From contig OZ218953.1 in assembly GCA_965112735.1 (NCBI GenBank), forward strand, positions 62,001 to 126,000: a stretch of 64,000 nt of DNA. The letters are read 5' to 3'. The notes under the pieces are model-generated. The model saw only the letters and a program-made list of their open reading frames with translations. It did not search any database and was not told the DNA's origin. This DNA is from Phaeosaccion multiseriatum (Eukaryota > Protista > Ochrophyta, other classes). The position numbers and the translations under genes were made by a program. This document shows positions 13,101-26,041 of the stretch, piece by piece. The first letter of the stretch is position 1; every line of letters begins with the position of its first letter.

Positions 13101-16100
13101 CACGTGGAAGCAGCGGCCGTCCCTTAGGTGCTCGCTCTCGGAGGGCAGGCAGGAGGGGCCGGGGTCGCAGATGATGCGCACATGGATGGGCGACAGCGCC
13201 CGCGTGTAGTAGCGGAGGTTGGCCACGCTGCCCTCGAGTCCGCCCCGCACTCCGTCCAGCAGAGAGCCCAGTGAGGCAGAGGAGCACACCTTGCCCACAT
13301 AGAGCGGGTGATTGGCGCAGTGCCCCCCGGGGTAGCCGTGCCCCCTGGAGTAGCCGTGCCCCCCGGGGTAGTTGTCGTATCCGCTGCCGTGGTGGTGGCT
13401 GCCAGAGGTGTTGGAGCGCTGGCAGTCTAAGGCCCCATTGAAGTACAGTTTGAGTTTGCTGCCCTCACTCACCAAGCTGATGTGCACCCACTCATTCAAG
13501 CGCACTTGCTCCTTGCTGGTGAGGCGCTCGCTCAGTGTGTGTCCCCCTCCCCTCCCTCCCCCCCCCCCTCCGTGACACACCTCAAGACGTCTGTCAGTGT
13601 CGCGCAGCAGCAGCACGGGCCAGCAGCAGCCCCCCTCCCCCCTGCACAACACCGTGCGGTAGTGACCGGTCCAGTCCTGCTCGAGCCTCAGCCACAGCGT
13701 GATGGAGAAGTCCGAACTATCTCTATTGGGGTTGTGCAGGAGCTGCTCCGGCGTGAAGACCAGCCCGTCCTCCATGTTCATGAGTCTCCTCGGCAGGGTG
13801 ATGAGTTCTTGACAGCGCCTCTTGTGCCCGCCAGAGCCCGATGATCGTGCCGCCGCGGCTTCTCCTCCTCCGCCACTGCTCGTGCCGCTGCTGCTGCCGC
13901 TGCTGCCGCTGCTGGTACTGCTGCTATTGCTGTTGGTGCTGCCGCTTCTGCCGCTGCCGCTCCCTCTTCGCTCTTGACGCGGCTGGGCGGGTGCCTCCCC
14001 TGCCTCCCCTCCCTCTGACTCTGTCGGGACTGCAGTGGCGGCAGAGGTGCCCGCACTCTCGTGGGTCTTCCCCTCAGCAGCCGTGTTGGTGAGGGCTCTC
14101 GTTGGGGAGCCCCCACCCTTTTCAGCCCCGCCCCCCCCGCCGCGGAGGAGGAGAGTGCTCTTGCCCCTGGCCCGGAGGCGCAGCGCTGAGAGCGCACACA
14201 GCGCAGACAGAGACGCATCCGCCTCACTATACAGAGCAGAGAACACAGAGGGCAGCGCCCAGCCCGACCCGAGGGGGGACGCGCCGTGGCCCGCCTCTGC
14301 CAGCTGCATGGCAAGCACTCGCACCAGCGCCAAGGCGGCGAAGCTCAGGCTGCTGTCCTCTTGCGGGCAGTGGGCCAAAGCACCCCCTCCTCCTCCTCCT
14401 CCTCCTGCCTGTCCTCCCCCTCCCGCCAGGCGCCGGCCTCGCCCCGTCCCGCCCCCCCCTGCCAGGGCCGAGGTGTCCGGAGCGCTATGAGGGGTGTGCG
14501 GGGTGTCAGGACTGCGGCTTGCGAGCTGCAGGGCCGTGTGCATCACTCCGCATTGCTCGAGCCTGGGCCAGTCCTCGCCGCCCACCCGCATGCCCAGCGC
14601 GTCAAGCAGCAGCAGCACCGAATGCGAGTCGAGAGCTCCTGCTGCTGCTGATGATGATGATGATGATGATGATGACGAGAGAGCATCTGCCTCCCCCTCC
14701 CCCTCCCCTGCCGTGCTGTGCGGAGGGAGGGGGAGGCGGGCCCTCTCCCTGAGGGCGTGTAAGAGCCCCTCGAAGCACTTCCAGTAGGCTTCTCTCACCT
14801 CCTCCCTGGCCTCTCTGCACACCCCACCAAGCAGCGTCAGGCTCTTGCCCTGCAGGCAGGAGGGATGGCGCATGGTGAATGCATAGGTGGCGAGGCAATC
14901 CCCGAGCAGGGAGGGCAATCTCCACGACCGCCTCGCCAAGCTAGAGAAGCCACGCAGCCCAGAGGCGCGGAAGGCGGCGCGGCGGTGTGAGTCGGCCACG
15001 AGCAGCAGCAGGCACACAGGGGAAGCCACGCGGTAGACAGAGCGCCTCCGCTTCCCTCCTCTCGGAGTGTGTAACGCCTCCTGGAGCATGTCCTTGACGA
15101 AGTTTGACGGGCCCAACGCCTCCCTGGACACGTCCCTGGCAGTGTTCTTGTCAGAGGCCCCTGCCCTCGCCACTCGCCTCCACCGCAGGCCCGCCCTTGT
15201 GAGCAGCAGCGCTCTCCGCCACAGAGCATGGGCCCGCCCAGAGCTTGACCCAGACACTCCTTCTGATCTTTCTGATCCGGACACCGGCGAGGGCAGCGGC
15301 AGCAGAGTGGGCAGCACGCGAAGCAGCCCTGCAGAGGCGGGCAGGGAGGGAGGATACACTAATACTTTGCCGAGCACGCCACAGCACACCACTTCGGCCT
15401 GCCTCAGCAGAGCATCCACAGAGGACGGGGGGGCGTCGTTGGCGCGGAGCTCACTTCTCGCCTGCCACAGCCACTTGGACACGTCCGCCACCGCCGCCCA
15501 CACGCGCTGCAGCAGCGGGGCAGGCGGGGCTGTATCACCAACTGCTGTATTGGCCGCGAGGGCCGCGAAGGCTGTGAGGCCTCTGTACTGGAGCAGGGCG
15601 CTGCATAAGCCCCTCTCCACCGCACAGAGCCGCGCCCACTCGGTGCTCCTCTGTTTGGCAGAGGCCCCCTCCCCCTCCTCTCTTTGGCCCCCTTGGCTCT
15701 GCTCTTGTTTGGCTCTGTGGGCGGCGCTTCTCTCTGCCTGCAGCAGCACTGCTCTGTACGCGGCGTCTCTCCTCGAGTGCGTTGTGCGCAACCTCTGCAG
15801 CAGGGCCGCAAAAGGGCACTTGGCCGGGGGCTTGGGGGGGCACAGGAGGGCCTCCGTCAACAGCCTGGCAGAGGCGCTCAGGCTGGCCACAGTCACAGTC
15901 ACAGTGCCGACTGTCACAGTGCCGACCTCACCGCTGGGTGGGGCCGCCACTGCTGTCGTGCGCTTCGCCTTGCGGGCCTTGCCTCCTCTCGCGGTAGCAG
16001 GAGGAGGAGGAGCGGCAGCAGTAGTAGCAGTAGGGTCCGCGTTCCCCCCGGGGAGCCCAAGCCGGTTCCGCCGGCCCTGCCATCCTTCGGGCTGCAGCTG

Positions 16101-19100
16101 CCTCAGCCCCCCCTGGAGCAGCTCCGAGGCCAGCCACTTGCGGTAACACGCCCTCTCTGAGCGGTGCAGGGGCCGCAGCAGCAGAGACGCCGGCCCGTCG
16201 CCAACTGTGAGGGCAGAGCACAGCCGCCCCACAAGCAGCGCAGTGCTCTTGGCCAGGCCCAGCAGCCACGGCAGAGCCCCGGGGGGAGGCTGGGAAGGCG
16301 ATGGGGCAGACGCCTCCGCTCCTCCCACCCCTCCACTGCCATTCCCGTGTCCGCTGCGGGCTAGCACGTACTGCTTGTCTGCCCTGGCGATCGTCCCCCC
16401 TCCTCCTTCTTCTGCTGCCACCTCGTCGAGGGCAGGCAGCAGGAGGAGGAGGGGGGGCACCAGACGAGAGGCGAAGAAGCTGTTGGAGGAGAAGGCAAGC
16501 AGACTCTGCACCACCGACGGCAGCACGAGCCCCACACACGTCGATGAGAGCCGCTCCTGGGCCGACGCCGTATCACCAACTGCCGCATCACAAGGCCGCG
16601 TCCTCTCCTTGTCCACGAGCGAGGTGCAGACCGCCAGCACGGCTTCGGAGTACGCCACAAGGCACCCCCACGCCCCCGCCTCCCCTTCCTCCCCGTGCAG
16701 GCCCCGCAGCAGAGCGATGGCCCTCTCCAGGGGGGGCAGCGCCGCCAGCGCCAGCCTCTCCTCTTTGTCTCTGTGTCCGTCTCCTTCGCCGTTCCTCTCC
16801 AAGAAGAGATACTTATCTGCCCACAGATGGAGTTTCACGTGTGCCCTGTCGGAACTTGCTGCCCAGTGCAGCAGCGGAGGATGCAGCGCCAGGACCAAGC
16901 GGACCATCGCCGCCCTGACGTTCCGCTGCTGTACCACCAAATGCTGCACCACCCCCTGCTGCTCTGGCAAGGCGGGCTCCTCCGCACCGAGCTTGTCCAC
17001 GAGCAGGCACAGGAGCCGCAGCAGAGGAGCGCCGTTGGTGGTACAGCTGTTGGTGGTACAGCCTGTGAGGGGCTGGGGGGGCTGCTTCAAGACGGGGCGC
17101 GGGACAGCTTCTGCCTCCTCCGCCTCCCCGGGGGGCGCGAATGGCACCAGACGCGCCGCCAGGACGTCGTCGGAGAGTCTGCCCAGCAGCGGCAGAAGGA
17201 GCGACAGCCTGGCCCGGCACGCCGCAGGAGCCGAGAGGAGGCCCACAAGCAGCGCGCACTGCTGCTCCGGACTGGCGTAGAACAGCTCCACCCCCAGCAC
17301 GATGGTCTTGGCCGCCTCCAGCCGCACCGCCAGCGCCGCCTGAGAAGGCAGCAGCGTCTGCTCCCCAGAGGGCTGGGTCCCCTCCCCCTCTCCTTGTTGG
17401 ATGCCCTCCCCCTCCCCCTCCCCCTCCCCTGTGAGGTGCAACAACTGGAGCAGCCCCCCCAAGAGCCCGTGCAGCGCTTTAGCCATGCGCCAAAGCTCCC
17501 CCTGCTCCTCCCCCTGCTCCTCCCCCTGCTCCTGTGAGGGAGGCGGAGGCAGGAGGGTCTCAGTGGCTTCCCCCCTCGGGCCGACCTTGCTGACCAGGAG
17601 CGAGTCTCTGAGGACCGACCCGAGGGGGCTGCGCAGGAGCTGCGCCACGTTGGCTCTGAGCACGCGTAGGCAGGCCAGCAGCGCATATGGCAGCCAGGCA
17701 AGGGGGATGGCAGTGGAGGGGGAGGAGGCGCGTCCCTTTGCCCCAGCCCCCCGGGGTGTTTTGGCTTGTTGGTGCAGGTACGTGAGCGTCTCGAGGGCCC
17801 GCTCGAACATGTCGGGCCCGAGCTCCACCGCGTAGGCCTCCCCGTCCGCTGCCATCCCCTCGCGCCGCCCGTCCGCAGCAGCCCCTCCACTGCCATCTCC
17901 ACGCGCTGCTCGAGCGGCTACCGCTGCCGCTTCCGCTTCTAGCGCCAGCGCCCGTGCGTTGCGCTCCCCCGGGGGGGGCAGCAGCAGCGGTTCCTCCTCC
18001 CTCTTGGGCAGGAAGGGCCGAGACAGCCGCGCCATGTGCAGCAGGATGCTCACCGCGGCCTTGGAGCACGGCAGAGAGGTCAGCGCGGTGTCAGGACTTG
18101 GTCTTTGCTCTTGCCGCGCCCTCCGCCGCCGCCCCCGCCCCTTGTGGCCTCCCCCCCCTTGGCCTTGGCCTGGCCCCTCTCCGTCACATCCACGGCCAAC
18201 AAGGCCAACCAGGGCGGAGACAGGGCTGTCTGCCGTGCGCTCTGCCTTGCCTGCTCGTGATGGCCCGTCGAGGGAGAAGGCGAAGTCGGGCGTGGCCAGG
18301 AGGGTGGAGGCCAGATACAAACCCTTCTCCTCTCTCTCGCTGCCTTTGCTGCTTTTCTTGCCGCCCCTGCCTTTGCCGCTGTCCTTCCTTCTGCTGCCTC
18401 TGCTTCCCGACCCCTCCCTCACGGCTCCTCCTTCTCCTCCTTCTCCTCCTTCTCCTCCTCCTCCTCCGTATCCGTCTCCATCTACATCTTCCTCCCCATC
18501 ATCATCGGATTCGTCGCTTCGTCCGTCGCCGTCGCTATCCCTGTCCAAAGGCTCCCCGGACCCCTGCGGCCGCCCATATGCCTGGCCATAGGCCTGCCCA
18601 TATGCCTGTCCCCATGTGTGGCGAGGGCCCTCCTCCGCCGCCATGCCGGTCTTGCCCCTTGCCCCGGTGAGCACAATGGTGTGGTAAAAACCACATGCCA
18701 CTTTCACCACTCTGCATGTGAGAGAGGGGAGGAGTCAGGGGAGGGGAGAGAGGGGACGAGACGGGTAGGGACGCGTGAGAAGCGCCGAGCTGCTGGGGAG
18801 CGCCTGCTGCTTCCATTCACAAAGCTGAATTAAAGCTGAATTAAAGCTGAATTAAGGCTGAATTAAAGCTGAAGGTCCCATCACACGCACCTCCGCCCCA
18901 CGAAGGTCTCTACAGGCCTTGGTGAGTGTCTCTCTGTGGTGTCCCCCGTGCCGAGCTGCCCGTGATTGTTGCGCCCGAACACGAGCAACAGGCCCGAGCC
19001 GCACACCAGTACGGTGTGGTAGCAGCCCGCCGCGATGCGCACCACGCCCTTGGCCTCCATGCCCTCCAGCATCTGCAGCGGTTGGTGATACGGCATGGGG

Positions 19101-20068
19101 GTCAGAGGAGAGGTGGCACAGAGGGACAGAACGCGTGGAGGGACTCTGCTGCTCTGCCTCTCTGCTTCTCTCCTGTGCCTGGTGCCTGCTCTACCCTGCT
19201 CTGCTCTGCTTCTCTCCTATGCCCTGCCCTGCCCTGCCCTGCTCTGCTGCGCACCTGCGGGCCGTACACTCGTTGTGTGATGTGCCCTAGCCCGAGCTGT
19301 CCGTAGTCGTTGCGGCCGAAGCCGAACACCCGGCCGCTCTTGCACAGCACCATGGTGTGGTAGTAGCCGCACCTGACACACAGCAAAACAAGGCAAGGCG
19401 AGAGAAGGAGGGGAGCCCCCGGGGGGTTGGTGACGTGAGGTCCTTTCCAAAGCCCCTTTGCTGCTACAAGCAAGCAAGTTGCAGCAAGGGAGGCAGGGCA
19501 AAGAAAGCCCAAGCCCAGCCGCACCTGATACTGACGCTTTGCTCCTCCTCGAGGGGGCCCTGCAGGCGCGTGAGTTTCTTCCTCGCCTCCTGCCCCTCCA
19601 GGCCGAGCTGTCCGTAGTCGTTCTTGCCGCAGCCCCAGGCCTGCCCCCCGCAGGCCACCACCGTGTGGTACTGTCCACAGGCGAGGGTGTCCACCTGCGC
19701 GGGATACACAGCCGCCGCAGCGCCCCCCTCCCCTCCGCTCAGCGGCTCGAGTCGAAAGGGCGTCTTACGGTCCTTGACATCTCCCGTGCCGAGTTGCCCG
19801 AAGTCGTTGCGGCCGAAGCTGAAGATGAGCCCCCCTTCGCACGCCACCACCGAGTGGTAGTACGAGCACGACACTTTTGTGACGCGCAGCCCCTCCAGGC
19901 CGAGCACCCTGCGGGGAAGAGTCTCGCTGGCGGTGGTGCTGTGGCCGAGCTGCCCGCGGTAGTTGTACCCGAAGGAGAGCAGCTGTCCGCAGGCTGAGGG
20001 GGGGTGAGGGGGGGGAGGGGGGGGAGGGGGGAGGGGGGAGGGGCGTTGGGTTAGGTAGACTTTCTGTG

Positions 20069-20101
<33 letters not shown>

Positions 20102-23100
20102 CCTACTCACTGGTGACGACGAGGGTGTGCTCGCAGCCGTTGTAGGCGTGCACCTGCGCGGGCGTGAGTCCCTCGAGCGAGGCGGGGTCCACTTCAGTGA
20201 GCCTGCTCACGCGCTGAGTGTTGCCCTGCCCGCACTGGCCGTTGTCGTTGTAGCCCGCCGTGAGCAGCCGGCCCGAGCGGCACAGCAGCACCGTGTGCTC
20301 GTTGCCTGCCGCTACGTCCACCACAAACAATGGGGCGGATGTATTACTGACTAAAGCTGGTGCTGCCGCCCGTTCTGCTGCTGTCCCTGCTGATACTGTC
20401 CCTGCTGCTCCCGGGGTGGCGGCGGCAGCGGTGGTGGTGGTGGTGGTGGTGGTGGTGGTGGTGGTGGTGGTGGTGGCGCCAGTGAGGCTGCCGGTCATGG
20501 TGGTGATAGTGGCGGTGGGCGGTGATGGCCCTCGGGCGGGGTCCGGTGCGGGCTCCAGACAGATGCGAATGTGCTCCCTGCGAGACACCGTGTCCCCGTG
20601 CGCGAGCTCTCCATAGGTGTTCTGTCCGCAAGTCCAGATCTCCCTGGAGTGCTGGCTGGGCCGTCTGTGCCCCTTCGCCCCCACCTCCGCGCCCCCCGCC
20701 GCCCCCTCCACGTCCAGGCGAGAGCGCCGCCGCAGAGAAGCGCTCTTCTGTGGGCGGGCGTCCCGAAGTTGCGACACAAGTCCAAGCGCCGGAAGGAACT
20801 CCAAGCCCCTCCTGTCCTCTTGATCAGTGTCGTCGTCGCTACCGCCGCTGCTGCTGCTGCTTCCGCTACCTCCGCTGATGTTGCTACCGCTGCTGCCGCT
20901 GCTGCTACTGCCGCTGCCGCTGCTGCTGCCACCGCTTCGACTGCGCTTGCGCGATGTCTTCCGCCGCCCTTGCTCTGCGCGCCTGGCCCTTTGCTCGAGC
21001 TTGAGCCGCTTCCTCTCCCTGAGCTGCTGTTTGTCCCTCGGCGGCTCCTGCGGCTCGGGCTGAAGGAAGGCCTTGCTGGACTTGCTGGCCTTGCTGCGGG
21101 CAGAGTCCTTGTCCCTCGTGCTGAGCTTGCGAGTCTCGCCTCGAGAGGACTCCCCCCCCTTGACTGGACCCCACGTGTACTCCCCCTTCCCCGCCGAGGT
21201 GTCGAGTGTGGGCAGCACCCCTCTTGCCCTCGACATGGGCATCGACATCGATAACTGCAGTCGCTCCTCCTCCTCCTCGTCGTCGCCCCCAGGATGTGCG
21301 CTGTCGTCCCTTCCTTCGCCTCCCCCCACGGCCACAGTGGCCATGGCGGGATCAATGGGCTTCTTGTAGCTGCTGGCGTAGACTGCCTTCTTCTGCAGCT
21401 TGGCGTTGGTGCTCACAGCCGCGGCGGACACCGACGCTACAGCGGTGGCTGTGCCGTCAGCGGTGACGGCAGCAGCGGCAGCATTGGCAGCGGCATCGGC
21501 AGTAGCGGCGGTAGCAGCAGGTGCTAGGGCCGTGGCCGCTCCCCCCCCCCCCCCTCTGCTGCCGCTCCGACTGTGACAGCTTCGACTGTGAGCGCGGCCC
21601 GATCTGCCAGAGAGGAGTGGCGGAGCAGGGGCTGCCTCTAGCTCTCTACCGCCGCACCCCCCTACCCCCCCTGCGTGCCCTCCTGCCAGGCCGTCGACGT
21701 CCGCTCCTCCCTCCCTCGTCTCCCTCGCCCTTCGCTCAGGGGCGCTGAGCCGCGTCCTCTTGGCTCCGGGCGGCGTGCTCTCCTCGCGGTGAGCGTGTGG
21801 CGGGGGAAGGCCGACGCCGAGCATGACTTTGACGACAAGCAGCAAGTCACTCCCTCTCCCTGTGGACGCAGCGAGGTGCAGCAAAGCCGTGGCCGCAAGC
21901 GCTCGCTGCCTTGCCTCCTCGGCGAGGGCGCGTGCGCGCTGTCGGCGGAGCTCCCTTCTCCGCTCCCTCCCCTCCCTGGGACTCCGCAATTGCTGCTGCT
22001 GTTGCTGCTGCTGTTGCTGCTGTTGCTGCTGCTGTTGCTGTTGTTCTTGTTGTCTCCGCTCAAAGGCCTTGTCGTCGGTGTTGCGAAAGGCAAAGTGGTG
22101 CTCGTCGTAGGAGCGGTTCGTCGGAGAGAGACTCGCCTCCTCCGGGCCTCGGTGCTGCTGCGGCTCCTCCTCCGCCTCATCTTGCTGTTGCTGCTGTATC
22201 ACCAACTGCTGCTGTCGTCGGTGGCGGCGCCTCCGCTTTCTGACTCGGGGGAAGGCGTCGTCAAGCGTCGTACTGGGCAAGCTCGCAGACAAGAGGAAGT
22301 GGCGCAGCTCAGAGATCACTCGCTCCTCCTCTGCGGCTGCTGCAGGGGGCAGTAATGCACCCGACGACATGCGCAGAATCCTGCTGTGCACGCTTGCGTC
22401 GGTGAGCAGGCACAGCGGCGGCAAGGCAGACAGGACAGGGGCAATCTCTGTGAGGAAGTCGATGCGCTGTCCCGGGCCACAGCTCTCGTGCCGCGCAAAG
22501 TCGAGCAGTGTGTGAAAGAGACGCAGGCCGAGCACGACACTCTGATCCTTGGGCGTCTGTTGTGTCGCTTCTGCAGAGACTGCAGCGAGTACCGTGCCCG
22601 CCTTGAGAGCCGCCGCAGCGCTGCTTCTCTCCCTCTCCCGCGTCCGGCCCAGCGCGGCGTGTACGCTGTGCATGGCGTGCAGGCGCTGGCTCACCCCTCT
22701 GGGGAAGGTGTCTCTGCCTCTCGTGGCGCTGCAGAGGTGCTTGAGATGTGTGACTGCTCGACCACACGCCGCGGCCTGCACGGCTCGCTCTTGCCCAGCG
22801 CTCAGCTCGTCCGACGAAATCGCCAGCGCCGCACTGCTCAAGTCTCCAAGATCCCAGCCGCCCCACCCGCCTGAGCTATCCCCTGCTGCAATCCCCAGGG
22901 CCTTGGCCGAGCCCGCTCCTCCCGCAACCCCTCCTGCTGCCAACAGAGCTGGCGCCGCGGCCGCTATTGACGAGCCGCTGACGGCGCCACCGCTGCCGTG
23001 CCCTCTACTCGCCGCCCCCCTCGCGTTACCGCCACTCACACCTTCGGCCGGGGCAGCTGCTGCAGCCCGCAGCTGTATGCAGTCCGGACATGTGCCATTT

Positions 23101-23462
23101 TTCCCATCTGCGAGTGCCCCTGGCACTGTTGCCATCGGCCCAGCCGATGCTGCCGCCCCTCCAATGGCAGTGAGTCCGCTCAAGTCAGGTCCGGATGGGG
23201 TAAGCTTCGGACCGCAATCGCCAGCGAGGATGGCCGCTGAGGGCACTTGAGCCCAGGCTGCGTCGTGCCGAGGATGAGGGAGGGGCCAGCGAGGCTCCAG
23301 CAAGTCCTTCCCGTCCTGGAGGGGGCAGCAGCTGCATCCTCGGCCACTGGTGCTACTGGCGCAGAAAGAGGGTGAAGCTCTTCCGGAGGTGCTCTTGCGT
23401 GCCTCGTGGTGGGCTCGTATACACTCCTGCGCGCCGCCGCCGCCGCTCCCTGCATTACCCAT
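4929..23462 (-). CDS. Giant HERC-like HECT E3 ubiquitin ligase (RCC1 repeats, LamG/ConA-like domain, 2 Zn fingers, UBA, FN3, SPRY, HECT), ~5,800 aa, multi-exon
   Basis: RCC1 repeats (WTCGQNTYGELAHG, VAAGNEHT..GYNDNGQCGQG, FGRNDFGQLGTG, ACGFYHT) at ~20630-18670; LamG-like (FSITLWL..NEWVHISLV..LYFNG..LRYYTRALS) at ~13720-13190; CPLC..H..H fingers at ~11065-10775; UBA (EQLMVIGFPKTWCAMALRAN) at ~10560-10440; FN3+SPRY at ~8390-7570; HECT (FKVKFNGEGVDDYGGPYRE..LPKAHTCFFSINLPRY) at ~6220-4990. Long ORFs are linked by GT-AG introns (e.g. 10063-9936 and ~12259-12101); junctions in the RCC1 region are only approximate. Confidence 0.88.
18821..18872. repeat. Intronic tandem repeat (AAAGCTGAATT)x~4.5
   Basis: Directly visible 11-bp tandem units inside a HERC intron. 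Confidence 0.9.
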
Positions 23463-23782
23463 TTTTTCAGACCCGCTCCCAAACCCCTCTAATTCTCTCT
23501 CCTTCCCCTACTGACTGCTACAGCTACTGCTACTCCTGCTGCTACCGCTGCTCCTACTTTACGTCTCCTCTCTCTGTTGTCTCGCGGGGCAGCGCATCGT
23601 TAAGCGCATAGCGCTAGGTGGGTACGCGCAAATCTGGCGGAGAGAGAAAGGAAACGCCATTCGGCGTCATTGACATATGATAGATTGGCTTTAATTGGGT
23701 ACCCAACCACGGTTAGCTATTTTGGGCCTCCCTTGGCGCCACGAGTTTCCAAACACTCTTTCCACTTCCTCCCTCCATAACA

Positions 23783-25447
23783 ATGTGGACAAGGCGGGGG
23801 AGGAGTAGGAAAAGGGCCAGGAGCTTGCCGGCCGCAGATTTTGCGGGCGAGACAGTAGCAGCAGTGGCAGCCTCGGCGACGCAAAGACCTTCAGGCATCA
23901 GACCCTGGTCTCGGCTCAGGGTGGTGGGGTACGTCTCCGCCCTTCTGGTCTATTCCGTGGCGTCCGGACAGGCGGCATCAGCAGCAGTACTTGGGATAGC
24001 TGGAACCACCCACTCGATTAGCGAGGGCAGGGGTGGGAGCCTGCGATGGAACAGTGACAGTCCGAGGAGGAAACGCGGGGTGGTGGTTGAGGTGGCGGCG
24101 GCGGCCTCGGCATCGGCCCCAAAACAAAGCCAGGAGGCACATCTGGGCCAGTACCTTAGCAGAGGCGTGAACGCAATACGGGGCTCCGTGCAGAAGAGTC
24201 TCAGGGGGTCGAAGGGGCTTTTTGTCGACAAGGTGAGGGCGGGTGTGGTGGTCGGGAGGGAGCTTGGCTGCTGCTTGACTGCTGCTTTGCCTCTTTCCTT
24301 TCCCGGAATAAACGAGTTTCGTAATGTGTCCTTCTTCGAGCAGGAGGCGAATCGCAGAGAAGTGCACAAGGCCAAGACGCTGGGTCTGCGGCCGGACTAC
24401 AAGCTCACCTTCTGGGGCCACATGGCGGCCGGCGCGGTGAGCAGGAGCGTGGCGCAGACGGCGCTGCACCCCGCCAACGTGCTCAAGACGTTGCTGCAGA
24501 CCAAGGGCTCCTTCCAAGCCGTCTTGCCGCTGTCGGTGAACGACCTGATGCGGGGCGCTGGCGCACAGTTCCTGCTGTCGCTCCCCAACGGCGCGCTCCA
24601 CTTTGCAGTGCTGGAGAACACCAAGGCGAGCGTGGCAAAAGCCTTTCCCGGCTCCGAGAAGAAAATGTCGGCCCTCATGGACTTCGCCGCGTCTTGCGCG
24701 GCCACCACCATCTGCTCCATCACCAGCACGCCGCAGATGGTGCTGACCAACCGCATTATGGCGGGCGTGTACCCCAACCTTGCCAAGGGCGTGCGCAGCG
24801 TGGCCAGGGAGGGCGGGATCAAGGGCTTCTATGCGGGATGGCTGCCGGGCCTCGTGCAGAAGATCCCCTCGTACGGGCTGACGTGGGTGTTCTACCAGCA
24901 GGTCAAGGACGTGCACTACAAGGTCACCAAGCGCCTGCCCACAGACCAGGAGAACTTCTGGCTGGGCAGTCTGGCCGCCGCCGGATCCGTCACAGTCATG
25001 ATCCCGATGGACGCGGTCAAGACGCGGCTCGTCACCCAGGTGGCGGGCGATCCAAGGCAGTACAAGGGCATCATCGACTGCTTCGCTCGTATGGTGAAGG
25101 AGGAGGGCGTGGGTAGCTTGTACAATTCGCTCATGCCCCGCCTGCTGTCCGTCGTGCCCATGATAGGTGAGTTGTGCTGCGGTGTGGTGTGTGGCGCCCC
25201 TCATCCCCTCCATCACTTACGTGCAATCTCTCTCCCGCAAGTGCCGGACTCACCCTCCCACTCTTTTTTGGCCTTCGTTCCCACCTCCCTCCCCTCCATC
25301 CTGCCTCTCTGTCCACCTGTGCTGTGCTGAATGAATGGCACAGGGCTTCAATACGGCACGTATGAGTTCATGAAGCGGCTGCTGGCAGAGGATGGGCTGG
25401 AGGAGGGCATCATTGAGGCCGCCTCCGTGGTGGACCAGCAGGAGTAG
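23783..25447 (+). CDS. Mitochondrial carrier family (SLC25) protein, SAM-carrier-like, with long N-terminal extension
   Basis: Three carrier repeats (AGAVSRSVAQTALHP..; GGIKGFYAGWLPGLVQKIP; IPMDAVKTRL..YKGIIDCFARMVKEEGVGSLY..PRLLSVVP); probable intron from 24233; last exon from ~25344 GLQYGTYEFMKRLL..QQE* (TAG 25445-25447). Start codon uncertain. Confidence 0.85.
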
Positions 25448-25644
25448 AGCAGGAGTAGAGCAGGAGTAGCTAGGGCCGTTGGGCCGTGGGGCCGTAGAGG
25501 GTGGGGCTGCCTTTGGGGTAGCTGCTGGCTTGGGCCCGAGGCGTGGGGGACCATCTCCGTGTCGGAGGGGGAAACGAGGGACAGGCTCTATCGTCCATAC
25601 ATACAGAGATTTCTAGACGATAGACTCCTTTTGGAATAGACCAA

Positions 25645-25740
25645 CTCCACTAGTCCTCTAGGCTCTTCTCAAGGCGCTGCTACCCCTTGGTCTATTCCAC
25701 TAGTCCTCTAGACTCTTCTCTCAAGGCGCCGCTACCCCTT
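25645..25740. repeat. ~50-bp imperfect tandem duplication (intergenic)
   Basis: tccactagtcctctag(g/a)ctcttctc..aaggcgc(t/c)gctacccctt occurs twice. Confidence 0.85.
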
Positions 25741-26041
25741 TTTGCGTTGCCGTTGCCTCTCTTTGGGTTTCGTTTTCGTTCAAGCAGAGGCATACGGATA
25801 CGGGCGGTTGGGCAGTTGACATTTCACATAAACTGAAACTGAGAACTGAACACCATCGATAGAGAGAGAGCTCCCTTCCCCACCCAAAGGGTATTCCTGC
25901 AAGGAGAGGATGGGTGTGATGTCACTTTACAGAGGGGCCTAAGAGGAATTAAAGGGCTGGCCTTGGCCATGAAGAGATCAAGAATGTCGTGATCATCACT
26001 GGCCTGTAGCAAATTGACCAAGACGCAAAAACCAAGACGCG

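Noticed and set aside
4985-23250. Many antisense and alternative-frame ORFs overlapping the HERC-like gene
   Set aside because: Shadow ORFs caused by high GC and triplet repeats; only one frame carries domains at each position.
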